Origin: an uncultured Planctomycetota bacterium
GTDB taxonomy: Bacteria; Planctomycetota; Planctomycetia; Isosphaerales; Isosphaeraceae
Direction: 5' to 3'
NCBI GenBank assembly: GCA_963823665.1
Contig: CAWGMQ010000010.1
Span: forward strand, 864,001-928,000
DNA: 64,000 bases
Shown one piece after another: positions 21,151 through 30,270 of this stretch. The position numbers and the translations under genes were made by a program. How positions within the stretch are numbered: position 1 is the stretch's first letter; every line of letters starts with the position of its first letter. Below the pieces are notes generated by a model. That model ran no database searches. It was not told the DNA's origin and saw only the letters and a list, made by a program, of their open reading frames with translations.

Positions 21151-22101
21151 CTACTGTTTCGCGAACGGCAGCTTCCCCTTGCCCCGCGTCTTCGGCTCGC
21201 CGTATCGGTCGGTCTTGTCATAAACGCGCACGTAGTCCACGACCATGTCCACGGGAAACACCGTCGCCGCGTCCGGGTTACCCAAAAACCGCCCCCCCAC
21301 GGCGACGTTCATCACGATGTAAAACGGTTGATCAAACGGCGCCGGCCAGGGGTTCAAATCCGACTCGCGTCTCGGGTTGACCCCATTGCCGCGCCCGTCG
21401 CGCCCGCTGCTGCTCCACCAGAACGATTGTGTCTGATAGAGCTGCGCGTCCACATACCACCGCATCTCCCCCGGTTCCCATTCCAGCGTGTAGACATGAA
21501 AGTCCTCGATCGTACCACCTTGCGGAAAAACAAAGTCCTTTCCTTCATGCGTGTTCGCCGGCCAGCCCGACCCATAGTGGAGCGTGCCCAGCACTTTGTC
21601 CGGCTCCTGCCCCCGCGCCTCTATCACGTCGATCTCGCCCGAAGCCGCCCAGCCTCCGTACTTCTCTTCCTGCGGCAGCATCCAGAGCGCCGGCCATACC
21701 CCCTTGCCGGTCGGAAGCTTCGCCCGAAACTCGAACTTGCCGTATTTCTTGTCGAACAATGCCTTCCCTTCCGGTTTCCGCGTCTTGATGCGCGCAGACG
21801 TATAACCGAATCCGCCACGCTTTTCCTTGATCGCGCGGATATGAAGGGCCCCGTCCTCGAGGAACGCGTTCTTCGGCTCGGTCGTGTAATACTCGAGCTC
21901 GGCGTTGCCCCACCCGCCGTCCCCGTTGCCGGTGTCGAAGTCCCATTTCGCCCGGTCGATCTGTTTCCCGTCGAATTCGTCACTCCACACCAGCTTCCAG
22001 TCCGCCGCCGGCGGCCCCGAAGCCCGGTCCGCACCGACCAATCCCAACCCCAGAACCGCCCCAGCAGTCACCAGAACCCGGCACCATCGATATTCCCCCA
22101 C
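21151..22101 (-). CDS. Secreted glycoside hydrolase family 16 (laminarinase-like)
   Basis: LVWSDEFDG, GWGNAELEYY, YTSARI, GVWPALWM, catalytic EIDVIE, MVVDYVRVY; GGAGG RBS before GTG 22101. Confidence 0.93.
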   Translation of the reverse strand: MGEYRWCRVLVTAGAVLGLGLVGADRASGPPAADWKLVWSDEFDGKQIDRAKWDFDTGNGDGGWGNAELEYYTTEPKNAFLEDGALHIRAIKEKRGGFGYTSARIKTRKPEGKALFDKKYGKFEFRAKLPTGKGVWPALWMLPQEEKYGGWAASGEIDVIEARGQEPDKVLGTLHYGSGWPANTHEGKDFVFPQGGTIEDFHVYTLEWEPGEMRWYVDAQLYQTQSFWWSSSGRDGRGNGVNPRRESDLNPWPAPFDQPFYIVMNVAVGGRFLGNPDAATVFPVDMVVDYVRVYDKTDRYGEPKTRGKGKLPFAKQ

Positions 22102-22134
22102 GCCCGGCCTCCAAACTCTGACGGAGCCCCACGA

Positions 22135-22230
22135 CCCTGATCCTGATCTTGTTCCTAATCTTAATCCTAATCCTGATCCTAATCTCATTCCCATTCTTCT
22201 TCGTAACCTCGTTCCCAATCCTGCTCTCTC
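22135..22230. repeat. Degenerate hexamer tandem tract (about 16 units, TCCTAA/TCCTGA-like)
   Basis: ccctga tcctga tcttgt tcctaa tcttaa tcctaa tcctga tcctaa tctcat tcccat tcttct tcgtaa cctcgt tcccaa tcctgc tctctc. Confidence 0.85.
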
Positions 22231-22307
22231 TTCTCCCCTGATCCCATCTCCCCAGTAGCTAATCCCAACAGCTCAAGCACGAGCATCATTCGCCATTCTC
22301 AGACCAA

Positions 22308-22575
22308 TCAGCGCGACCAGATCGGTCGGACTAGGACGGCCCCGTTACCCGCCGCCGGGCACCGCGCCGCCCAAGAGATCGCGGCATCAAGATCGGGCAC
22401 GTCGATGAGAAAGGATCCGCCGAGTTGTTCTTTCAACTCGGCGTAGGGACCGGCGCTCATGAGTGTCCCGTATCGCCGGATGCACTCGACAAGCTCTTTT
22501 GCCGACTTGCCCCGAATCGTGGCGGGCCGGGCAGAATCAAGCACGACGCGCGCAAACTTGCGCTCGCCTCTGTGT
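22308..22575 (-). pseudogene. Chimeric remnant: diverged HEAT-gene fragment fused in frame to a diverged yciI 3' half
   Basis: 22452-22575 matches 23474-23597 (LDSARPATIRGKSAKELVECIRRYGTLMSA vs LDPARPAAIRDKSAKELVESIRRFGPLMSA). 22308-22451 matches 22768-22911 (GPYAELKEQLGG...RPIWSR). Confidence 0.88.
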
Positions 22576-22603
22576 CCCTATCTTGCGTTGGGCTCCCGCA
22601 GAC

Positions 22604-22727
22604 CCCAAAAACTGCGTCATCAGCGTCATCTCCTTCCCGTAAAAGCACTTACGAATGACGAAGTTTTTGGGAGCCAAAAGCAAGTCGAAGCAACTCGTGA
22701 CGTTGTCATCAGTTGCGAATGACGCAG
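22604..22727. other. Composite inverted-repeat element A
   Basis: 17-bp IR CCCAAAAACTGCGTCAT (22604-20) / ATGACGAAGTTTTTGGG (22655-71), second GCGTCAT at 22623, ACTTACG at 22647, hairpin 22690-22716, distal ATGACGCAG at 22719. Confidence 0.7.
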
Positions 22728-22767
22728 CGGCGCCGGCTTACATGAAGATTGAGAGGCTCGCCGGCAA

Positions 22768-23115
22768 TCACCGACTCCACACCGGCCGCACCTCCACCGC
22801 GCCATGCCCGGCCCCCGGACAGCGCGCCGCCCATGAGATCGCAGCATCAAGATCGGGCACATCGATCATGAAGTACCCGCCGAGTTGTTCCTTCAGCTCG
22901 GCGTACGGCCCGTCCATCACCTTGTTTTTGCCATCCACGACGCGAACCGTGGTGGCCGTCGAAATCGGGCGCAGGCGATTCGACCCCTTGAGCACGCCGG
23001 CCTCGGTGAGCGCTTCACTGTACGCTTGATAGGCCGCCATTCCGCTTTCCTGCTCCGCCGGCGTCATTTTCTGCCACCCGGCCTCATCCGCGTAGAGCAA
23101 CAACAGGTACTGCAT
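22768..23115 (-). CDS. YciI family (DGPF domain) protein
   Basis: MQYLLLLY, ATTVRV, DGPYAELKEQLGGYF, VEVRP; GGAGG RBS. Confidence 0.93.
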   Translation of the reverse strand: MQYLLLLYADEAGWQKMTPAEQESGMAAYQAYSEALTEAGVLKGSNRLRPISTATTVRVVDGKNKVMDGPYAELKEQLGGYFMIDVPDLDAAISWAARCPGAGHGAVEVRPVWSR

Positions 23116-23246
23116 GGGTATCCTCCAGTTCCGTCACTGGCGCGCACCATGCGTCGCCACCACGGTCATGTCGATCGAGCGACCACGGTTTCGACGCCCG
23201 CGTGCACAGGAAAACGCGAATTCTTATACAGCAGTCGATTTCTACT

Positions 23247-23275
23247 GTAGCAGGCACACACCGTGTGCCGTCCGC
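23247..23275 (+). repeat. GTAG-type REP-like palindrome, family 2
   Basis: GTAG-CA-GGCACAC-ACC-GTGTGCC-GTCCGC; second copy at 43128-43156. Confidence 0.8.
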
Positions 23276-23314
23276 CCGTCCCAAGAAACAGCGTCCCGAA
23301 TCACCCTGTGGCTC

Positions 23315-25519
23315 TCATTTCGACCCAGTCGCGGGAACCGGCGGCGCCGGCGGCTTGGCCGATCCGTCACCCGTCGACACACCGCGAAGCGCCCGGCTGA
23401 TCGCCTGCAGATCGGCCAGGACAATGGGGTCCTCTTCGTCGGCGATCATCGTCTTGAGCCGAGCTTCCTGCAGGGCGCTCATGAGTGGCCCGAATCGCCG
23501 GATGCTCTCGACAAGCTCCTTCGCCGACTTGTCCCGAATCGCGGCCGGCCGGGCAGGATCAAGCACCACGTCCGCAAGGTTGCGCTGCGCATCCGGGTCC
23601 GCCACATGACTGAGAGCCGCTGCCGCGGCTGCAACAGTCTCGTCTGAATTCAAGGCCGCCGCCAGCGCCTGCTCGGCGACAGTTGAATCGACGGCCAGCG
23701 GGCTCCCCGCCTGCTTCGCCAACCCGGCGATCAGATCGGCGGCCTCCCGCGCGTATCCGCCCCGTTCCACGGCATCCAGCGCGTTCGGCAATTCCTTCAT
23801 CTGTTTCTTGAGCATCGCCGCATCAACCGGCTGAACCAGGAACCGGATCCCCGGGAAGTTCCGTTCGAGGTTCGGATGTTCATACGCGACGTTGAGCGGA
23901 CCGTAAATGAATACAGGAATCGCCGCGGTGCGTGCGTCGGACTTCAGATTCGTCAGCGTCTCGTTCACGGTCCACTGCTGACCGAACAGGTCGTGGCTGA
24001 TCAAGATCAGCTCCACATCCGCGGCCGCGGCGGCGGCCCCGAACCCGCGTGCCCCCGTCACTTCCAGCTCCGAGTCATACCCCAGATTGATGAGGAAGCC
24101 TGCAAGCTGGCTCCCCCGATTCGGATTGGCGTCAATCACGATGGCACGCCCCAGCTCCTGCTTGGGCAGGAACCGGGCCAGAGTCGGGACGACTCGGCCT
24201 GATCCGGGAAAAGCCGCTCTAGGTGCCAGCTTCACAATCGCCTTGGCCGCCGCAAATTGCAGCCGCCGGCCCGGACGGTAAAGAGCATCGACGAGCGCAT
24301 GCGGCCGCCCCGTCGCAGCAAGCGCATTCGCTTCGGTCACTTCGCCGAGCGCCGTGGCCAGCACCGCGGCGAGATCCGTCTTCCCATCGGCAATCGCAGT
24401 CTTGAGCGCTTCGGTCACAATCGACGGCCCAGCAGCCGTCGCAGCCTTGAATTCCGCCTGATCCCGGGGATTGAACTTGGTGAAACCGGCTCGCTCGATG
24501 GCTTTCTCGAGGTTCAGGCTCAACTCGACAACCCGCGCGTTTCGATCGGTCGGCGACAGGGCCAGTGCATCCTTGACGAAGCGATTGCCCAGAATCGCTT
24601 CAGCCTCGGTGCGGGGCACGCGTTTCGATACGGGAAGACCGCGCTCTTTGTCCCACGTCCAGACAGCTACCGGCTCCGCACCCAGATCGGCCTGGTGACG
24701 ATGCAACCGCCACGCCGCATCCGAGAGCACCTCGACCGGTGTGCGCTCCTGCGCCGCAAACGGCCGCCCCGTGAGCCGCTCGATCGCCGCTTGCGCAGCC
24801 TTCCTGACCTCCGGTGCGGCCTTGGGCGAGGCCGCGGCAAACGTCAAATCCGGAATGCTCCGTCTGTCGCCAAGTGCGCCTAGCACAGTTGCGGCATCAG
24901 CCGCCAGCGTCGCGTCCGGGCTATCGAGCACCGCCACGAATGCCGGCACCGCCGAGCGGTCCAGCCGCTCGGCATTCTTCAAGATCATTCGCCGGTCCTC
25001 GGCCGAAAGCCCGGGCCGCGCCAGCGCCTCGACAACAAACGGGACCGCATCCGCTCCAGCTTCCCTGAGCCGTCGGACCGCGTAATTCTGCTCATCCTCG
25101 GATTTCGTCAGCGCGGCGGCGAACCGCGCCAGTCGCTTTGGGTCGGTCGCGAATTTCCGCGCCGCGGCGATCATCGCTTCCGCCAGCGGCTCGGCATAAG
25201 CCCGTGTCCCCGCGTGGTCGGCCAGACTCAGAACCGAGCTCGGCCCATACCGCATTCGGATCATCTCGAGGGTCGCGTCATCGGGCTTGCCCTTCACGAA
25301 TTTCTCAATATAGGGCAATGCCTTCTTCTCCTGTCCCGTCCGCAGCAAGTAGTCAACGGCATCCCAAAGTTCCAGTGGAGTTTGCGGCTCCTTGGCAAAA
25401 AGTTCATTCCCCGGCACCTGTGCACGCAGCGGAACGAAGTGCCCCGCCACGAAAACGAGTGAAAAAGCAATCGCCATCGCGAGCGAAGGACCGTTTTTCA
25501 GCATGAACTTGCTGCCCAT
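23315..25519 (-). CDS. Exported HEAT-repeat protein with a C-terminal receiver-like domain
   Basis: Signal peptide ending LRA-Q; HEAT units (AATVLGALGD, VRKAAQAAIERL, LQFAAAKAIVKL); AIVIDANP...LGYD...ELILIS...ARTAAIPVFI. Confidence 0.8.
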   Translation of the reverse strand: MGSKFMLKNGPSLAMAIAFSLVFVAGHFVPLRAQVPGNELFAKEPQTPLELWDAVDYLLRTGQEKKALPYIEKFVKGKPDDATLEMIRMRYGPSSVLSLADHAGTRAYAEPLAEAMIAAARKFATDPKRLARFAAALTKSEDEQNYAVRRLREAGADAVPFVVEALARPGLSAEDRRMILKNAERLDRSAVPAFVAVLDSPDATLAADAATVLGALGDRRSIPDLTFAAASPKAAPEVRKAAQAAIERLTGRPFAAQERTPVEVLSDAAWRLHRHQADLGAEPVAVWTWDKERGLPVSKRVPRTEAEAILGNRFVKDALALSPTDRNARVVELSLNLEKAIERAGFTKFNPRDQAEFKAATAAGPSIVTEALKTAIADGKTDLAAVLATALGEVTEANALAATGRPHALVDALYRPGRRLQFAAAKAIVKLAPRAAFPGSGRVVPTLARFLPKQELGRAIVIDANPNRGSQLAGFLINLGYDSELEVTGARGFGAAAAAADVELILISHDLFGQQWTVNETLTNLKSDARTAAIPVFIYGPLNVAYEHPNLERNFPGIRFLVQPVDAAMLKKQMKELPNALDAVERGGYAREAADLIAGLAKQAGSPLAVDSTVAEQALAAALNSDETVAAAAAALSHVADPDAQRNLADVVLDPARPAAIRDKSAKELVESIRRFGPLMSALQEARLKTMIADEEDPIVLADLQAISRALRGVSTGDGSAKPPAPPVPATGSK

Positions 25520-25997
25520 ATCGATACACCTGAAAGGTATGCTCGTCGCGGGAGTGCCAATTCCGTCACGACCGGGGAGAAAGCAATCGCGGTGGCCGAG
25601 AGTGTTCGCGGCACCGCCAAGACGGGAAAAGAACCGACCACCGGCTCCTATGGTTATACCACACAACCGATTGCAGAGCATTCCGCCCCCAACGCAGCAT
25701 TCCTCCCCCCGCGTGGGGGGAGGTGCCGCCCCAGGCGGCGGAGGGAGGCTGGCGCGCAGGTAAGGCCTCGCCTCGCGGCTCTCGTAGTTCGTTTTGTAGA
25801 TTCGACGCGCGTCCTTTCCCCACAAGGATTAAGGGAATGAGCCCCGCGCACTTGTCCGCCTAGGAAGGGAAGTGCCGCTGCAGGGCGTTCGCGAGCAGGA
25901 AAGACCATAGAACCGAGGTTCTGGGCGCCGTCAGTTTCCGTGTTGCCTGACACCCGGCCCGCCGCGTGGGGTGTGCAACACAAACGCGCCCCCCCGA

Positions 25998-26120
25998 AAG
26001 TGCCGTCATGCCGTCAGCGCCTTACTGGGATTGGACTTACGTCTGACGGCACGACTTGGCCCCCGAACTCCATTTCGACACATCTCTTTTCGTTCTTGAC
26101 GCTTTCGCCTGACGGCACTT
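25998..26120. other. Composite inverted-repeat element B
   Basis: TGCCGTCA twice (26001, 26009), ACTTACG at 26035, TGACGGCA at 26044 and 26110; 11-bp outer IR AAGTGCCGTCA/TGACGGCACTT. Confidence 0.7.
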
Positions 26121-26895
26121 CTGCCGGCGCCCGCCATTTTCCGGGAGTTCGCAGGCGTCTCGTCAACCCCGATCAGCCCGCGCACCCCATCGTCGCCTTT
26201 CGCTCCGAAAGATGCCCGAAAAACATAGTGAACAGCATCGGCGATTTGCCGTGGCAATTTTGCGTGGCACGTGCCACGAGCTCTTGGTACCGCCGAAAAA
26301 TGCACCGCCGTTCTCCTATTCGATGATGCTCATTGAACTTACAGAACGCTCAAACCGCCCGATGAAACCGTCGCACGCGTCGAAAAATGGCAAAAAGTGG
26401 CAATATTCCGAGGGCCTTCCAGCATCCGTACACTACTGTAAATTGCCCGCTCTCGGCAGCGCCCATTCGGCTTGTCCCTCGCTTGATGAAATCTCGCTCA
26501 ACGCACTCGGAATCATGCTCGGTTCTCGCAAGGATTGGATTTGGACGAAGGAGTGCGCGGGAACCCATCCCGAGCGGGTCAGGCGTTCAGCCTGACGTTC
26601 TATCCTATTCCTCCATATACAATATGCGATGACTCTGCGGATTCGTGGCGCCGTCGACCGGGAGATTTCCAGAAAGGTTCCGGGTTCCAACGATCAGATC
26701 GAGTAAGTAAGAAAACTCAGTCGGAATGGGCGCGCTGGCGCGGCGCTGTCCGGCCGAGACACCTCTCGGCAGACCCGCCGTTTCCCGCACCGAACGGCCG
26801 CAGGCTCCTTGGGGCCGACACTCCTGTCGGCCACGCCCCGGCCATGTCCCGCCCAAACGGGGCGCCGGTCAATAGCCAGCCCCTGGAACACTTCC

Positions 26896-28783
26896 TCACC
26901 GCCGCCCGTTCAAAACCTGATCGAGCTTGCGCTCGAGCGCCTCCAGCCGCTCCAGAATCTTCGCGTGCGACGTTCGCTCGTCTTTCTCGCCCAGCAGCCG
27001 GTCCACCTTCCGCTCCAGCTCCCTTAGCCGGTCGCGCATCGTCGCATCAATCGCCTGGTCCTTTGGGCCCCCGGGCTCGTTGACCGGTTCCCGGCCCGCG
27101 TCGATCGCGATCGCCACGCGCACGATCATGTCTGCCTTGCGCGTGTGATCAGGGTTGGGAATCGTCGCCAGTATCTTCGTCTTCTGAGTTTCCTGATCGA
27201 GGCCTGAAAAGACGCGATCCACCTTGGCCTCCACCACTCCATCCTCGAAAGCGAAGCGCACGCTGATTTTCTGGCCAACCTTGACCTTGTGCGCGTCTTC
27301 CCCATCGACGGACGCAATAACCCGTAGAAAATCATCCTGAGCGATCGTCAGCAACGTGTCGTTTCGATCGTACTGATTCCCCGGAACAACGTCGCGCTGA
27401 ATGACAACTCCGTCGACGCGGGACCTCACAGTCATCCTCGCCCTCTCCGTCCGATCGCTCGCATTTGCGTTTTCCAGGTCCTCGATCTCCCGATCCGTCA
27501 CCCCCATGACACGCAGCTTTTCCTTCGCCGTGGCTGCGGCCAGCCGGCTCTTCATCTCGTCATTCCGGCTATCGATGAGCGCCTGATGGGAAATTGCGTT
27601 TTCGGCCGCCAGGCGCGACTTCTGCTCGGAGATTCTGCGGTCGCGGTCATGCTGCACGCTTGCCATTTGGAAGTCATTCTTTGCCGCGGCCAGATCCGCG
27701 CTGAAGGCTTCGACCAGCGGATCGCCCCTCTTGACGCGCTGGCCCAGGTGAACCAGCACCCTTTCGACCAAGCAGTCAAACCGAGGGTGAATCTTGACGA
27801 TCGCATCCGGGTTGAAATCGGTTCTGCCGACGACCTGCAGCACCCCAGGCGAGTCGTTCCGCCCAGCCATGGCCCCGTCGCGTGGCCGGCCGGACACATC
27901 CTTCCCCGTCGCCTGCTGTGCCGCGACGAAACTGCCGAACCCAAGCACACAAAGACCACACAGCACGAGGGCTGCCACTCTTAGCTTCTCGAACACCATG
28001 GATTTCAAGACCCCCTGTGTCAGCTCGACGACCGCCGACGAAACCAACCCCCCCCGCAGCGCCTTTGTTCGCAGTCCCGCATCCCGCCTGCGTGATCGAA
28101 TTGACCAGATGTTCGGGTAACCCCGGCCGCAATGAGCTCACCGGCATCACAAGCAGATAGGGCCGCCCGCGTTTCTCGAGCCGCACCCGCAGCCGCACCC
28201 GCGCCCGTGTCAACCTGATCTTCACCGTCCCGAGCGGCCACCGCAGCCTGCTTGCAGCCTGCTCGTGCGTGAGCCCCTCCAGGTAGCACAGCACGATCGG
28301 CAACCGGTATTTCTCCGGCAATCGCTCGATCTCCGCATGCAACTCCGGATAAGGGTCGGGTTCAAGAGGCGCGAGTGCAGCTTCGATCGCCGGAATCGCC
28401 CGCTGCGCCGCCCGCAATTCGAATCGCCTCCGTCGCGCTTCCTGCATCCGAATATGCCCCGCTGCCCGCCGCGCCACCCCGAACAGCCAGCTCGAGACCG
28501 AAGTCCGCTTCCGGATCGCCCCCGCCCGCCGCGCCAGCACCAGAAACGTCGCCTGCACGGCATCCTGGGCATCGTGATGATCCTTGAGTGCCTGCCGGCA
28601 CACCCGAAAAACCATCGCCCCATGCCGCTCGACCAGCGCCGCAAACGCGAACTCTCTCCCGGAATCGCCACACCGCAAGAACCGGTCAATTAATTCGCTA
28701 TCGCTCAAATCCCCGGCGATCCCGGAGTGAAACAACTCGTCGATTCGCCGCAGCGCCAACTTCGCCGCGGACCCCTTGAACAT
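26896..28783 (-). CDS. ECF sigma-70 factor fused via a TM helix to an RND-type periplasmic adaptor (MFP/HlyD) domain; frameshift in the G8 run at 28048-28055
   Basis: SDSELIDRF, AFAALVERHG, DAQDAVQATF, LPEKYRLPIVLCY, GTVKIRL. After the shift: VSSAVVELTQGVLKSM, a TM helix, VHLGQRVKRGDPL, VRSRVDGVVI, KADMIVRV. Confidence 0.85.
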
Positions 28784-28988
28784 GCCCGGACCTCCTGGCT
28801 CACCTTTCGACACTCACCATAGTAGTGTCGCGATGCCGCCCGTTCCGATTCATGCTCGGAAATTTTTCCAGTCTTGATTCTCGTTTTACCGACGCGCGCC
28901 AATTCTCCTCTCCTTTGAAGAGCCCCGGTCGCGCGATCATCGTTGCCGTGCGTCGAATCGCTCGCGCTGAAATAGCGTAGCGATTCGT

Positions 28989-29291
28989 TCACGAACGCTT
29001 TCGCGCCTTCGAGGCCGCCTTCCGCTTGGGAGCCGGCTTCGCGCTTGTAATTCCTAGCCCCGCCTCCACCTCCCCGAGAGGAACTGACGTGCCACTGGCC
29101 CGCCGTTTTCCGATCATCCGCCAGAATTCCTCAGAAGTCGCTAGCTTGACGTCTTCCCTGTCGTAATCTTCGATTCCCACCAGCACGGCGCAGGGCTTGC
29201 CTCGGCGCGAAATCACGACGCGCTCGCTCTGTGCACGGGTCAAGATAGAGTCCAGATCTGCTTTGAGCTCTTTGTCCGGGATGTTCTTCAT
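28989..29291 (-). CDS. Phd/YefM family antitoxin (no adjacent intact toxin)
   Basis: ELKADLDSILTRAQSERVVISRRGKPCAVLVG; GGAGG RBS. Confidence 0.85.
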   Translation of the reverse strand: MKNIPDKELKADLDSILTRAQSERVVISRRGKPCAVLVGIEDYDREDVKLATSEEFWRMIGKRRASGTSVPLGEVEAGLGITSAKPAPKRKAASKARKRS

Positions 29292-29406
29292 ACAATATCC
29301 TCCGTACGATGCCGGGGCGCGCAGCACTCACCAGTAGCCGTCCATCACCATTGCACAGGCAGGCAGTGAAGCAAGATATTCAGACGCCTGCGCGCCACGT
29401 TGCCGC

Positions 29407-29853
29407 TCAGCCGTTGACCGACATCCCGTCAAGGATCGCGCGTATCGTCTGTTCCGAGTACGGGCGGTCCGTGATCTCCACCACGCTGTGTGTCGACAAT
29501 GGGTCGGGCCGTTCGCTGCAATGAATTACCCAGTGATTGCCCTCGAAATACAGGCTGGCGATGTCGTCGTAAGCCGGCGCAACGTACAGATCGACCGCCC
29601 CTTCGGCGCCAGGGACGTATCGTGCGACTGGGTTCAAAACGGCCTCGACCGTGTTCTTCTCCATCAGCAAGACCGGAACTTTATACACCCCGAGTCGCCG
29701 TTCGTTGACCGTCTTTGCGATCCGCCGTGTGTGCCAGCCCGACATCTTGGCCCATCCCTCAACGTCATCGATGAGGGCATCCAGCCGCCCCACCCATTCG
29801 GCCTTCACGTTCTCCGGGTCTTCAGTCCGTGGCCTCGCTTCGCCCGTCGCCAT
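29407..29853 (-). CDS. Hypothetical protein
   Basis: 148-aa ORF with GGAGG RBS; EWVGRL, LGVYKVP, PVARY...GAVDLY. Confidence 0.75.
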   Translation of the reverse strand: MATGEARPRTEDPENVKAEWVGRLDALIDDVEGWAKMSGWHTRRIAKTVNERRLGVYKVPVLLMEKNTVEAVLNPVARYVPGAEGAVDLYVAPAYDDIASLYFEGNHWVIHCSERPDPLSTHSVVEITDRPYSEQTIRAILDGMSVNG

Positions 29854-29910
29854 CGCATGGCCCTCCGTTTTTGAAACCGCTACAAGATGTCGCCCTTGAG
29901 GCGCACCGTA

Positions 29911-30129
29911 TCAGCAAGCAGCCGGGGCGGATTCCGTCTCGATCTTCTTCAATTCCTTCAGGATCGCAGGGTCTTGCGCCATCTGTTCAAATTCATCATC
30001 GCTGAAGGCTAGTCTACGAGCCGCCCGATCGCGAATCCGCTGCACCACACGCTCAACCAGCCTGAGCTGATCCGAAACCGAAAGCTCCTCGACCGCGGCC
30101 CCAAGCTCCTACAGCCGTGATTCCGCCAT
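29911..30129 (-). pseudogene. Small antitoxin-like gene with an in-frame TAG at codon 7
   Basis: AAGGAG RBS; MAESRL*ELGAAVEELSVSDQLRLVERVVQRIR...MAQDPAILKELKKIE; TAG at 30109-30111. Confidence 0.55.
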
Positions 30130-30270
30130 GATCTCTAGCTCCTTGGTAATCACCAGATTATACCATCACAGAAGAGCCGGACCGAAAGCTTACATCGTCC
30201 GAAGCGCGCAGTGCGAAGCTCTTCCGCCTGACTACGTGCATTTGCGCCAAACCCAAGGACTGCACCACCC

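Noticed and set aside
22102..22218. N-terminal extension MGTRLRRRMGMRLGSGLGL of the GH16 ORF
   Set aside because: It is a translation of the hexamer tract; the RBS and signal peptide indicate a start at 22101.
22308..23600. Template/variable repeat pair of a diversity-generating retroelement
   Set aside because: Differences are mainly synonymous and not adenine-specific, and there is no reverse transcriptase in the window. The FGE-domain gene has no visible template repeat.
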